A DNA stretch of 64,000 bases from Dehalococcoidia bacterium (GTDB lineage Bacteria; Chloroflexota; Dehalococcoidia; Lucifugimonadales; UBA3495), in contig OZ220473.1 of NCBI GenBank assembly GCA_965115955.1, positions 2,662,410-2,726,409 on the forward strand, in the 5' to 3' direction. Under the pieces are notes generated by a model. The model did not search any database. It was not told the DNA's origin and saw only the letters and a program-made list of their open reading frames with translations. Positions 46,269 through 54,877 of the stretch are shown here, piece after piece. The position numbers and the translations under genes were made by a program. The first letter of the stretch is position 1; each line of letters begins with the position of its first letter.

Positions 46269-49200
46269 TTAGTTGCGGCGGAGGTAGTCGCGAGTGGTGC
46301 CAACAGAGTAGGCCGAGTGGCCGGTGAGCAGGCTCTCCACAGCAGCGCGGGCGGTGTCGAGAGAGGTGAAGCAGGGAATTTGCCGCTCCACCGCAGCGCG
46401 GCGGATGTGGAACCCGTCTCGCAGCACCTCGCTGATTCCGGTGATCGTGTTTATGACTGCGCCCACGCTGCCATCGTTGATTACGTCGACTACGTTGGGG
46501 TGGCCTTCACTCAGCTTCTTGGTTGTCATGGTCACTGGCAGATTCATTGCGGCGACCATGGCTGCTGTGCCTTCCGTTGCATACAGCCGGCATCCCGCCC
46601 GGCTCAGGCCCTGGATCAGGGATACCGCCTCAGCCTTGTGCTGGTCGGCAATGCTCAGCAACACTCCGGTTCCTTCGCGCAGGTTCAGGCGGGCGGCCAG
46701 CAGAGCCTTGGTCAAGGCGGCCGAGAAGCTGCTGTCTATGCCCATCACCTCGCCGGTGGACTTCATCTCGGGGCCCAGATGCCAGTCAACGCCTACCAGC
46801 TTTGCCATGGAGAAGACCGGCGCCTTGACGCCTACCAATCCCTGCCTGGGCCACAATCCGGTGGGGAATCCTTCCTCCTTCAGTGTATGTCCCAGCATGA
46901 TCCTCGTAGCAAGCCTGGCGACAGGCACCCCGGTGACCTTTGATATGAAGGGAATGGTACGACTGCCGCGAGGGTTGACCTCAAGCACATACACTGTAGT
47001 TGCCTCCGCCGCGTGCGATTGTGGGGCATGGGGGCTGCGGTATGCGCTGCCGCCGTGGATGACGAACTGGATGTTCATCAACCCGCGCACGCCCAGGGCC
47101 AGCCCAATGCGGGTTGTGTAATCGACTATCGTGTCCACTTCCGGCTCGGTCAAGTTCAAACCGGGGTATATTGCCATGGAATCGCCGCTATGCACCCCGG
47201 CTCGCTCCACGTGTTCCATAACCCCTGGAATCAGAACGCCTTCGCCATCGCAAATGGCGTCCACCTCGCATTCCTTGCCTTCCATATATCGGTCGATAAG
47301 CACCGGCCTGTCTGGAGACATTTCGGTCGCGGCAGTCAGGTAGCGAATAAGCTCGGTGGCATTCTGGACAATCTCCATGGCGCGCCCGCCCAGGACATAG
47401 CTGGGCCGGACTACGGCAGGGTATCCGATGGTTTGGGCCACCTGGAGCGCCTCGCTGACGGTCGCCACCGCCGCTCCGGGAGGCTGAGGAATACCCAGTC
47501 GGGAGAGAAAGTCCTCGAACTTGTGCCGGTCTGAAGCAATGTCAATGGCCTCTGCGCTGGAACCCAGGATGGGCATCCCCGCCAAGGAGAGAGCCTGCGA
47601 AAGGTCGATGGCCGTCTGGCCTCCGAACTGCACCAGAGACACCGGCGGGGGGATGTCGCCGTTATCGCCTCCTCCTGTTTCGTTATCGATGATATCGCGA
47701 ACCGACTCTTCGTCCAAAGGCTCGAAATAGAGGCGGTCGCTGGAATCAAAATCCGTCGAAACCGTTTCGGGGTTGGAGTTGACCATGATGCTGCGGACGC
47801 CAGCCTCCGACAGGGCGATGGCGGCATGGACGCTGCAATAATCGAATTCGATGCCCTGCCCAATGCGTATTGGGCCGCTTCCGATGACGAGGGCCTTTTT
47901 CCCTTCCAGCGGCTGGGCCTCGTTCTCCTCGTCGTAAGTGCTGTAGTAGTACGGCGTAACCGCGTCGAACTCGGCGGCGCAGGTGTCGACGGTCTTATAG
48001 ACAGGGCGCAGGCCCCACTGGCGGCGCAGGTTGCGCACCTGTTCAGGCAGCATATCCGACAGGGTTCCCGTCTGAGCGTCGGAAAAGCCCAGGCGCTTGG
48101 CCTGGTGAAGCAAAGTTGGGGTCAGCTCTTCCGAAAGCAGCCGCCTCTCCATCTTCACTATTCGCTCCAGCGCGATGAGGAACCAGGGATCGAAGAGGGT
48201 GCGCTCCACCAACTGATCGATGGTCTGCCCGCGCCGCAGGGCAGCCATGATGGCCCACAGGCGTTGATCGTTTGGCCCCAGGGGCAGGTCATCGACTGCG
48301 GCGCCGCTGCCGGCTCGCCAGGCTGGATCTTCCCAGAGCAGGGTTCGTCCGCCCAGTTCCAGGGATCTGGCTCCCTTCTGCATGGCGGCCTCGAAGGAAC
48401 GGTCTATGACCATTATCTCGCCCGTAGCCTTCATCTGGGTTGTAGTACGGCGGTCCCCGTGGGGAAACTTGTCGAAGGGCCATCGGGGAATCTTGACTAC
48501 ACAGTAGTCAAGGGCGGGTTCGAAGGCGGCCTTGGTGCGACCGGTAACGGCGTTGTCTATCTCGTCGAGGCGGCGCCCGACTGCTATCTTTGCCGCGACG
48601 CGGGCGATGGGATACCCCGTTGCCTTGCTGGCCAGGGCCGAGCTTCTGCTGACTCTGGGGTTCACTTCAATAACGTAATAGGGGGAATTGTCCTGCCACT
48701 CAAGGCCAATGTTATTCGCCACGGCAGGGTGCGGCTGGAGGGCGAACTGAACATTGCAGCCGCCCTCGATTCCCAGCCCGCGGATAATCTTCAGGGCAGC
48801 GGTGCGCAGCATCTGGTATTCCTTGTCGGTCAGCGTCTGGCTGGGCGCGACCACTATGCTGTCGCCGGTGTGGACACCCATAGGGTCCAGATTCTCCATG
48901 TTGCAGACAATGATGCAGTTGTCCGCGCCGTCGCGCAACACCTCGTATTCGATTTCCTTCCAGCCGACCAGCGACCGCTCCAGAAGGATCTGCGAAATGG
49001 GGCTGGCCGAGAGCCCCGACTGGGCGATGGCTTCGAATTCCTCCTCCGTGGCTGCTATACCGCCGCCGCTTCCTCCAAGGGTATACGCAGGGCGTATTAC
49101 CAAGGGAAGCCCCATTCTATGAGCTGCGCGGCGAGCTTCATCTATGGAGTTGACTGTGATATTCTCCGGTTCCGGCTCGCCGATTTCGTGGAGGAAACTT

Positions 49201-49565
49201 CGGAAAAAGTCCCGATCTTCGGAGCGTCGTATCGTCTCCAGGGGAGTGCCCAGGAGCTTTATGCCGTAACGCTCGAGCACTCCGGCATCGGCCAGATCTA
49301 CGGCCAGGTTGAGGCCGGTCTGCCCTCCCAGTGTCGGTAGGAGGCCGTCGGGCCGTTCCTTCTGGATGATCCTCTCCAGCACCTCCACGGTGAGCGGCTC
49401 GATATAGACGTGATCAGCTATACCCTGGTCGGTCATAATTGTGGCCGGGTTCGAGTTGACCAGAACCGTTTCAACTCCCTCTTCCCTGAGGGCTTTACAA
49501 GCCTGGGTGCCAGCATAGTCGAACTCTGCCGCCTGCCCTATTACGATGGGGCCGGAACCAATCAC
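46269..49565 (-). CDS. carB: carbamoyl-phosphate synthase large subunit
   Basis: 1098 aa from GTG 49565, with the canonical duplicated ATP-grasp and MGS domains. The reading frame stays open upstream (TEKPRKVLV-IGSGPIVIGQ), so the true start may be 5' of the first canonical start codon. Confidence 0.95.
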   Translation of the reverse strand: MIGSGPIVIGQAAEFDYAGTQACKALREEGVETVLVNSNPATIMTDQGIADHVYIEPLTVEVLERIIQKERPDGLLPTLGGQTGLNLAVDLADAGVLERYGIKLLGTPLETIRRSEDRDFFRSFLHEIGEPEPENITVNSIDEARRAAHRMGLPLVIRPAYTLGGSGGGIAATEEEFEAIAQSGLSASPISQILLERSLVGWKEIEYEVLRDGADNCIIVCNMENLDPMGVHTGDSIVVAPSQTLTDKEYQMLRTAALKIIRGLGIEGGCNVQFALQPHPAVANNIGLEWQDNSPYYVIEVNPRVSRSSALASKATGYPIARVAAKIAVGRRLDEIDNAVTGRTKAAFEPALDYCVVKIPRWPFDKFPHGDRRTTTQMKATGEIMVIDRSFEAAMQKGARSLELGGRTLLWEDPAWRAGSGAAVDDLPLGPNDQRLWAIMAALRRGQTIDQLVERTLFDPWFLIALERIVKMERRLLSEELTPTLLHQAKRLGFSDAQTGTLSDMLPEQVRNLRRQWGLRPVYKTVDTCAAEFDAVTPYYYSTYDEENEAQPLEGKKALVIGSGPIRIGQGIEFDYCSVHAAIALSEAGVRSIMVNSNPETVSTDFDSSDRLYFEPLDEESVRDIIDNETGGGDNGDIPPPVSLVQFGGQTAIDLSQALSLAGMPILGSSAEAIDIASDRHKFEDFLSRLGIPQPPGAAVATVSEALQVAQTIGYPAVVRPSYVLGGRAMEIVQNATELIRYLTAATEMSPDRPVLIDRYMEGKECEVDAICDGEGVLIPGVMEHVERAGVHSGDSMAIYPGLNLTEPEVDTIVDYTTRIGLALGVRGLMNIQFVIHGGSAYRSPHAPQSHAAEATTVYVLEVNPRGSRTIPFISKVTGVPVARLATRIMLGHTLKEEGFPTGLWPRQGLVGVKAPVFSMAKLVGVDWHLGPEMKSTGEVMGIDSSFSAALTKALLAARLNLREGTGVLLSIADQHKAEAVSLIQGLSRAGCRLYATEGTAAMVAAMNLPVTMTTKKLSEGHPNVVDVINDGSVGAVINTITGISEVLRDGFHIRRAAVERQIPCFTSLDTARAAVESLLTGHSAYSVGTTRDYLRRN

Positions 49566-49672
49566 CAGGACTTTTCTTGGCTTTTCCGTAGTATTGCCTC
49601 CAGGATGTCGATGTCGGCAGCGTTGCGCAAACTGCCGGAGTGATATCGCGCCGGGATTGGATTTTACATACC

Positions 49673-49699
49673 AAGCCCGGTTTTCAGCGAACCGGGCTT
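49673..49699 (-). terminator. 10-bp perfect hairpin (AAGCCCGGTT-TTCAGCG-AACCGGGCTT) in the orphan-carB spacer
   Basis: Read directly from the sequence. No T-run follows, so it may be a processing or regulatory structure rather than a terminator. Confidence 0.35.
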
Positions 49700-49739
49700 G
49701 TGCTTCAGTGTCCGTTTTGCGACTGAGCCGCGTGGCCTG

Positions 49740-50159
49740 CTAGACCTTGGGCAGAATACCGGGAAGGTCTATTAGGTTCCTATCGTAAAGTGAGTTCAGC
49801 AACTGGAAAACGAAGGCGCCAAACAGCTTTCCGTCCCAGTCGGCGGCGTCCTCTCCGGGTACGGTTTGCTCGATTCTTGGCGGAATGCTGATGCTCATGT
49901 TGCCGTCTCTGGTTGCTTCGACTTCCATGCGGCCGAGGGAAGTCAAAGGATGCTTTCCTGGCTGGTTCAGAGGAAAAGCGCTGACCATGAAGATCCATTG
50001 GCGCCCGATTTCTCCTCTGCCGGGCGTCACCATGAAACCGAATTCGCCGCAACTGTAGCGGGGCACCTCTTGATCCAGGATCGAGGTCATCTCCGCGAAA
50101 TCTACGTCCACTACCACATCCACCCCCCCTTCCAGCAAAACCATGGAAAAAGAAGACAT
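49740..50159 (-). CDS. hypothetical protein inserted between carA and carB
   Basis: 139 aa. ATG preceded by GGAGG (10-nt spacer). No recognisable motif. GC is visibly lower than in carA/carB. Confidence 0.55.
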   Translation of the reverse strand: MSSFSMVLLEGGVDVVVDVDFAEMTSILDQEVPRYSCGEFGFMVTPGRGEIGRQWIFMVSAFPLNQPGKHPLTSLGRMEVEATRDGNMSISIPPRIEQTVPGEDAADWDGKLFGAFVFQLLNSLYDRNLIDLPGILPKV

Positions 50160-50295
50160 CGAAATAATTCCTCCGGAAGGTTACTGTTTCCGCTGCTAGG
50201 GGGCTGCGCACGAGCCCTGCCCGGGCCTTACCGGATTCAGCGTCCGGCTGCCACTGACTGCCACCTCCTTACGTATTCGCATACTTCGTTCCTGC

Positions 50296-51387
50296 TTACC
50301 CGTTGAAGTCGTCCATTAACTTCAGGAATCGATCGAACAGATACTCGTTGTCTCTCGGCCCGGGGGACGCTTCCGAGTGGTACTGAATCGTGAACAACGG
50401 CAGTTGGCGATGAGTCAGCCCCTCCACCGTGTCGTCGTTCAGATTGATGTGAGAGACTTCCAGGCCAGGCGGCAGTGAATCGGCCATTACCGAATAGCCG
50501 TGATTCTGCGCCGTGATGTAGACTCTGCCGTCGGACAGGTCGCGAACCGGATGATTGCCGCCCCGGTGTCCAAACTTGAGCTTGAAGGTTTCCGCGCCCA
50601 GCGCCCTGGCCGCTATTTGATGGCCCAAACAGATACCCATGACCGGAACCCTGCCCAGAATTCGCCGGGTGTTGTCGACCAGGTAATCGAGCAGTTTCGG
50701 ATCGCCGGGGCCGGGCGACAGGAGTACCCCCGACGGGTTAAGCGAGAGCAGTTCCTCAGCCGAGATGCTGGCTGGCGCCACTTGCACCTGGCAGCCCCGC
50801 CGGGTCAGCTCACGAAGGATATTGTATTTAAGGCCGCAGTCCGTTACCAGCACCCGGTAGGGCCTTTCCGCACTGTTTTGGCGCGTCTCGCCCCAGCCGT
50901 AGCCTGTGGGGGTGGTAACGCTGCTAACGTGGTCGATTTCCCCGTAGTTGGGCGCTTCTTTCAGCAGGGCCAGGGCCGCGCCGGGATCGGAAGCAATCGC
51001 ACCCATCATCACGCCTCCGGATCGCAGCCGCCGGGTGATCGCCCTCGTATCGACTCCGCTGATGCCGGGAATGCCCTGACTGTCCAGAAACTCATGGAGC
51101 GTCAGGCTGCTGGAGCCGTGGCTGGGGGAGTCGCAATGCTCCCGGACGATCAGCCCACTGACCTGGATGCGGCGGGACTCGAAATCGCGCTCATTGATCC
51201 CGTAGTTGCCGACCAGGGGATACGTTAGAGTGACCAACTGCCCGGCATAGGAAGGGTCTGTCAGCACTTCCTGATAGCCGGTCATGGTGGTGTTGAATAC
51301 CACTTCTCCAACGGCATCGGCTATGGCCCCGAAGCCCTGGCCCCGATGCACCGACCCATCCTCCAAGACGAGGCAAGCAGCGGGCAA
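50296..51387 (-). CDS. carA: carbamoyl-phosphate synthase small (glutaminase) subunit
   Basis: 363 aa. 'GICLGHQ' catalytic Cys and 'QNHGY'. Confidence 0.95.
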   Translation of the reverse strand: MPAACLVLEDGSVHRGQGFGAIADAVGEVVFNTTMTGYQEVLTDPSYAGQLVTLTYPLVGNYGINERDFESRRIQVSGLIVREHCDSPSHGSSSLTLHEFLDSQGIPGISGVDTRAITRRLRSGGVMMGAIASDPGAALALLKEAPNYGEIDHVSSVTTPTGYGWGETRQNSAERPYRVLVTDCGLKYNILRELTRRGCQVQVAPASISAEELLSLNPSGVLLSPGPGDPKLLDYLVDNTRRILGRVPVMGICLGHQIAARALGAETFKLKFGHRGGNHPVRDLSDGRVYITAQNHGYSVMADSLPPGLEVSHINLNDDTVEGLTHRQLPLFTIQYHSEASPGPRDNEYLFDRFLKLMDDFNG

Positions 51388-51440
51388 TCTAGTTCACCTC
51401 CTGCGATTTGCGCACCGGCAAGCGCGGCTGCAGACCTGAA

Positions 51441-52820
51441 TTATGCTGATACATCGGCTTCCTGAATGCTCAATTCTTCTGATCTGTAGGTGATCTTTCC
51501 GCTGAGAATAGTGGCCAGGTTGCGGCCGCGGAGCCGTGTGCCGTCGAGGGGCGTATTCTTGCCCTTTGACGCGAATTCCGCGGCATTCACAGTCCACTCC
51601 AGTTCCGGGTCGAAAAGGACCAGGTCGGCAGAAGTGCCCGGGTCCAGCGACGCCAAGGAGTGATACGCGGGTCCCAAAACGGAGGCAGGACCAACAGTCA
51701 GGCGCTCAACCAGAGTCGGCAGCGAGAGCTTTCCTTCGTGCACAAGTTTCAGCGCTGAACCCAGGGCCGTTTCGAGAACGCTGATCCCGAAGGCTGCCTC
51801 CTGGTAGGTTACCTGCTTGCTGGCCGCGTCGTGGGGAGCGTGATCGGTAGCGATGCAGTCTATTGTCCCGCAGGCCAGGGCTTCCACCAGCGCTTCGGCA
51901 TCGCGCCGGCTTCGCAAAGGGGGGTATACTTTCGTAGACGTGTCATAGGCCCACTCGCTGCTGGCGACGCCGTTTCCCTTGTCTCCCAGGATCCAGTTAT
52001 CCGTAATGGTCAGGTGATGCGGGCAGACCTCTGCGGTAACTCTCAGGCCGATCTCTTTAGCGCGCTGCACTAGGGATACACTGCCGGCGGTGCTAACGTG
52101 GACCACGTGAAGCTGCCCGCCGGTGGTCTGGGCCAACGAAATGTCGCGGGCGATCATAGCGTCCTCGGCGGCGGGGGGTATGCCAGTCAGCCCCAGACGC
52201 GTCGCCACTGCCCCTTCGGCCATCACGCCGTCGCCGCTCAGCCGGCGCTCCTGGCAGTGATTGCTCACAGGGCTGCCCAGGTCTGCGCTGTAAGCGAGCG
52301 CCATTCGCATAAGGTTGGCGTCCTCCACAGGGTCGCCGTCGTCGCTGAAGCCCACCGCCCCTGCCGCAGCCAATTCCTCCAGGTCGGCCAGCTCCTTCCC
52401 TTTCCGGCCGCGAGTGACGCAGCCGATGGGCAATACTCTTGCCAGGCCGGTTTCTCTGGCGCGCCTTAGAACGAACTCCACCACCGATTCACTGTCGATA
52501 GCCGGATCTGTGTTGGGCATACAGCAGATGGTGGTATATCCGCCCCTCGCTGCCGCCTCCGAGCCGGTGGCGATAGTCTCCTTGTATTCGTAGCCGGGCT
52601 CCCGCAGGTGGGCGTGAAGATCTATGAATCCGGGGCAGGCCACCAGGCCGGCGCCATCGATGACGAGACATCCGTCGGGCCGCCCGTCGATTGTCCGGTC
52701 AACAGCGGCAATCCGACCGCCCTCGACAAGCAAGTCTCCGACGAAGTCCAGGCGGCGTGAGGCGTCTATCATCCGAGCCCGGCGAACCAGAACAGGCGGC
52801 AGCCCCTGGACGGCGGTCAT
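51441..52820 (-). CDS. pyrC: dihydroorotase
   Basis: 459 aa. 'GFIDLHAHLREPG' metal-binding motif and 'ATDHAPH'. The start overlaps the pyrB stop by 4 nt. Confidence 0.9.
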   Translation of the reverse strand: MTAVQGLPPVLVRRARMIDASRRLDFVGDLLVEGGRIAAVDRTIDGRPDGCLVIDGAGLVACPGFIDLHAHLREPGYEYKETIATGSEAAARGGYTTICCMPNTDPAIDSESVVEFVLRRARETGLARVLPIGCVTRGRKGKELADLEELAAAGAVGFSDDGDPVEDANLMRMALAYSADLGSPVSNHCQERRLSGDGVMAEGAVATRLGLTGIPPAAEDAMIARDISLAQTTGGQLHVVHVSTAGSVSLVQRAKEIGLRVTAEVCPHHLTITDNWILGDKGNGVASSEWAYDTSTKVYPPLRSRRDAEALVEALACGTIDCIATDHAPHDAASKQVTYQEAAFGISVLETALGSALKLVHEGKLSLPTLVERLTVGPASVLGPAYHSLASLDPGTSADLVLFDPELEWTVNAAEFASKGKNTPLDGTRLRGRNLATILSGKITYRSEELSIQEADVSA

Positions 52821-53836
52821 TGCTGATATCCGGCGTTCAATTGATACAGCACCGCCATGCGCACGGCTACTCCCGCCGTCACCTGTTCTTCGATGGCCGA
52901 GCGGCTGCCGTGAGCCAGCCCGGAACTGATCTCGATACCCTCGTTCATCGGGCCAGGGTGCATTACCAGCACGTTCTGCCTGGACATGGCGATGCGGGCG
53001 TCATTGACCTGCCAACGGCGGATATACTCGCGGATGCTGGGCAGAAACCCGCCCCGCTGTCGCTCCGACTGTAGGCGGAGCGCCATAACAACGTCGGCGT
53101 CTTCCACGGCCCGGTCGAGGTTGGAATCAACCTCCACCAGCGAAGCCATGTCGCCATCCTCGCTGCGCCCGTCGCGATTCAGAAAATCCGGGGGCATCAG
53201 AGTCGGCGGCCCGGAAAGCACCACGCGGGCGCCCATCCGGGCAAACCCCCAGATGTTCGACCGGGCCACCCGGCTGTGCAGCACATCGCCAACAATCACT
53301 ATCTTGCGACCGGCGATGCCGCCCAGCCGGGACTGCACAGTGTACAGGTCCAGCAGCGCCTGCGTAGGATGCGCGTGCAGTCCGTCCCCGGCGTTGACCA
53401 CGCTTACCCGCTGAAGGTGGCGGGCCAGGAAGTTGGGCGCGCCAGAGTGCGGATGCCGGACGACCAGCGTGTCCACCCCCATCGCCTGCAACGTCAGTCC
53501 GGTGTTGAGCAAAGACTCGCCCTTATCCGCGCTGCTGCCGGAAGCGCTCATATTGATAACGTCGGCGCTTAGAACCTTGCCGGCTTCCTCGAAGGATATG
53601 CGGGTGCGGGTGCTGGCTTCGTAGAACATGGTGACTATAACCTTGCCGCGCAGCGCCGGGACCTTTTTTATATCCCGGCCCAGAACCTCCGCCATCCCCT
53701 GCGCGGAAGCCAGCGTTGCCGACAGCTCTTCGGCGGAGTAGTCGTCCAGGTCGAGAACATGGCGGCGCGCAGGCGGATTTTCCGCGGGAGATGCCCGAAA
53801 CTCCGCCTGTTCGGCAATAGCCTTCGGCAGCGTCAT
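52817..53836 (-). CDS. pyrB: aspartate carbamoyltransferase catalytic subunit
   Basis: 339 aa. Contains 'STRTR', 'HPTQALLD' and 'HPGPMNEG'. Confidence 0.95.
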   Translation of the reverse strand: MTLPKAIAEQAEFRASPAENPPARRHVLDLDDYSAEELSATLASAQGMAEVLGRDIKKVPALRGKVIVTMFYEASTRTRISFEEAGKVLSADVINMSASGSSADKGESLLNTGLTLQAMGVDTLVVRHPHSGAPNFLARHLQRVSVVNAGDGLHAHPTQALLDLYTVQSRLGGIAGRKIVIVGDVLHSRVARSNIWGFARMGARVVLSGPPTLMPPDFLNRDGRSEDGDMASLVEVDSNLDRAVEDADVVMALRLQSERQRGGFLPSIREYIRRWQVNDARIAMSRQNVLVMHPGPMNEGIEISSGLAHGSRSAIEEQVTAGVAVRMAVLYQLNAGYQQ

Positions 53837-53875
53837 GGATGAGGCTTCCAGGTTTCCTGTCTGCCGACCACGAAA

Positions 53876-54520
53876 CTAATTCCTGGCCTCAATAGTCTCT
53901 CCTGCGCACTGTCCATTGGCGCCGGCGGCTGGCTGGGTTTCATCTTCCGGCTTCTCCTCCGGGCGCAGCAGTACCACATCGTCTTCACCGTCTATTTCGT
54001 GGAGTCGCACCGCAACTATTTCGTTGTGCGCTGTGGGGATGTTGCGCCCGGCATAGTCGGCGCGAATGGGAAGCTCCCTATGGCCCCGGTCGATCATCAC
54101 CGCCAGTTGCACCTGTTTCGGCCTGCCGTAATCGTTGAGCGCGTCCAGCGCGGCCCGAATGGTTCGCCCCGTATAGAGAACGTCGTCAACCAGCACCACC
54201 CTCTGGCCCTGGATGCTGACGGGCAGACTGGTACGATGCACGCGGACTCGCGGCCTCTTGCGCTCGCGCAGATCGTCCCGGTACAGGTTAATGTCCAGTG
54301 AACCCACGGGTACCTCCGCTCCTTCGAAATCGGCCAGCCGGGCAGAAAGCCGCTGGGCCAGGGGAACTCCGCGGCGCTGGATGCCCACCAGCAAGAGATC
54401 GCCAGAGCCTCGATTCCGCTCCAGGATTTCGTGAGCAATGCGGGATAGCGACCGGCTCATGGCCTCCTGGTTCAGAATCTGCCGTTCCGTCATCCCGGCG
54501 GCGATGGCTCCGTCGGACAT
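53876..54520 (-). CDS. pyrR: bifunctional pyrimidine operon regulator / uracil phosphoribosyltransferase PyrR
   Basis: 214 aa from ATG 54520 (AGGAGAG 7 nt upstream). '[10 protein letters not shown]' and the PRPP loop '[13 protein letters not shown]'. The track ORF to 54589 reads through the leader repeats. Confidence 0.9.
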   Translation of the reverse strand: MSDGAIAAGMTERQILNQEAMSRSLSRIAHEILERNRGSGDLLLVGIQRRGVPLAQRLSARLADFEGAEVPVGSLDINLYRDDLRERKRPRVRVHRTSLPVSIQGQRVVLVDDVLYTGRTIRAALDALNDYGRPKQVQLAVMIDRGHRELPIRADYAGRNIPTAHNEIVAVRLHEIDGEDDVVLLRPEEKPEDETQPAAGANGQCAGETIEARN

Positions 54521-54534
54521 AGACTCTCTCCTAG

Positions 54535-54576
54535 TTGAAACTCCAGGCCGGAAACTCCAAGCTTGAAACTCCAGAG
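54535..54576 (-). repeat. 14-nt-period direct repeat x3 (minus strand: YTGGAGTTTC) in the pyrR leader
   Basis: GAAACTCCAG at 54537, GAAACTCCAA at 54551 and GAAACTCCAG at 54565 on the plus strand. They lie between the attenuator terminator and the pyrR SD. Confidence 0.9.
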
Positions 54577-54592
54577 CGGAACCCGGCAAGGC

Positions 54593-54627
54593 AAAAGAAA
54601 ACCCCTTGCCTCAAGAGGGGCAAGGGG
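54593..54627 (-). terminator. pyr leader attenuator terminator
   Basis: The minus strand reads CCCCTTGCC-CCTCTTGA-GGCAAGGGG-TTTTCTTTT. Upstream GGCAAAG can pair alternatively with the 5' arm as an antiterminator. Confidence 0.7.
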
Positions 54628-54690
54628 ACGCTGTTTCGCCCGGCATTCCCTGTCATGTCGGGTCTGCCTCCGCGGACGCCCAACTTTGCC

Positions 54691-54706
54691 AGCCTCACGG
54701 GACTGT
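54691..54706 (-). promoter_or_regulatory. PyrR-binding loop (ACAGUCCCGUGAGGCU)
   Basis: Matches the ARUCCAGAGAGGCU PyrR box at UCC..GAGGCU. It lies about 65 nt upstream of the terminator and directly 5' of the antiterminator strand. Confidence 0.6.
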
Positions 54707-54877
54707 CTTAAAAGTCCGATCGCCCGGCCGCCATATTACAAGGCGACCATCAGGAAACTCGATTGTCTTACTATCTTACCAGACCGGCCACGAGGAGTGA
54801 AGGCCTTCTCTGCCCTGGTTGCGTATTTCTCCATCCTGTTCCCTGCCCTGTTCCCGGCGGCCCTGCTTCGGCTTCCG

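Noticed and set aside
46324-49340. Long plus-strand ORFs (265 aa, 173 aa, 504 aa and others) opposite carB
   Set aside because: They are high-GC antisense shadows with low-complexity Arg/Pro/Gly/Ala composition. carB on the minus strand is unambiguous.
53876-54589. Full-length 237-aa pyrR ORF starting at 54589
   Set aside because: The first 23 codons are a translation of the 14-nt leader repeats. ATG 54520 has a proper AGGAGAG SD and gives a standard PyrR N-terminus.
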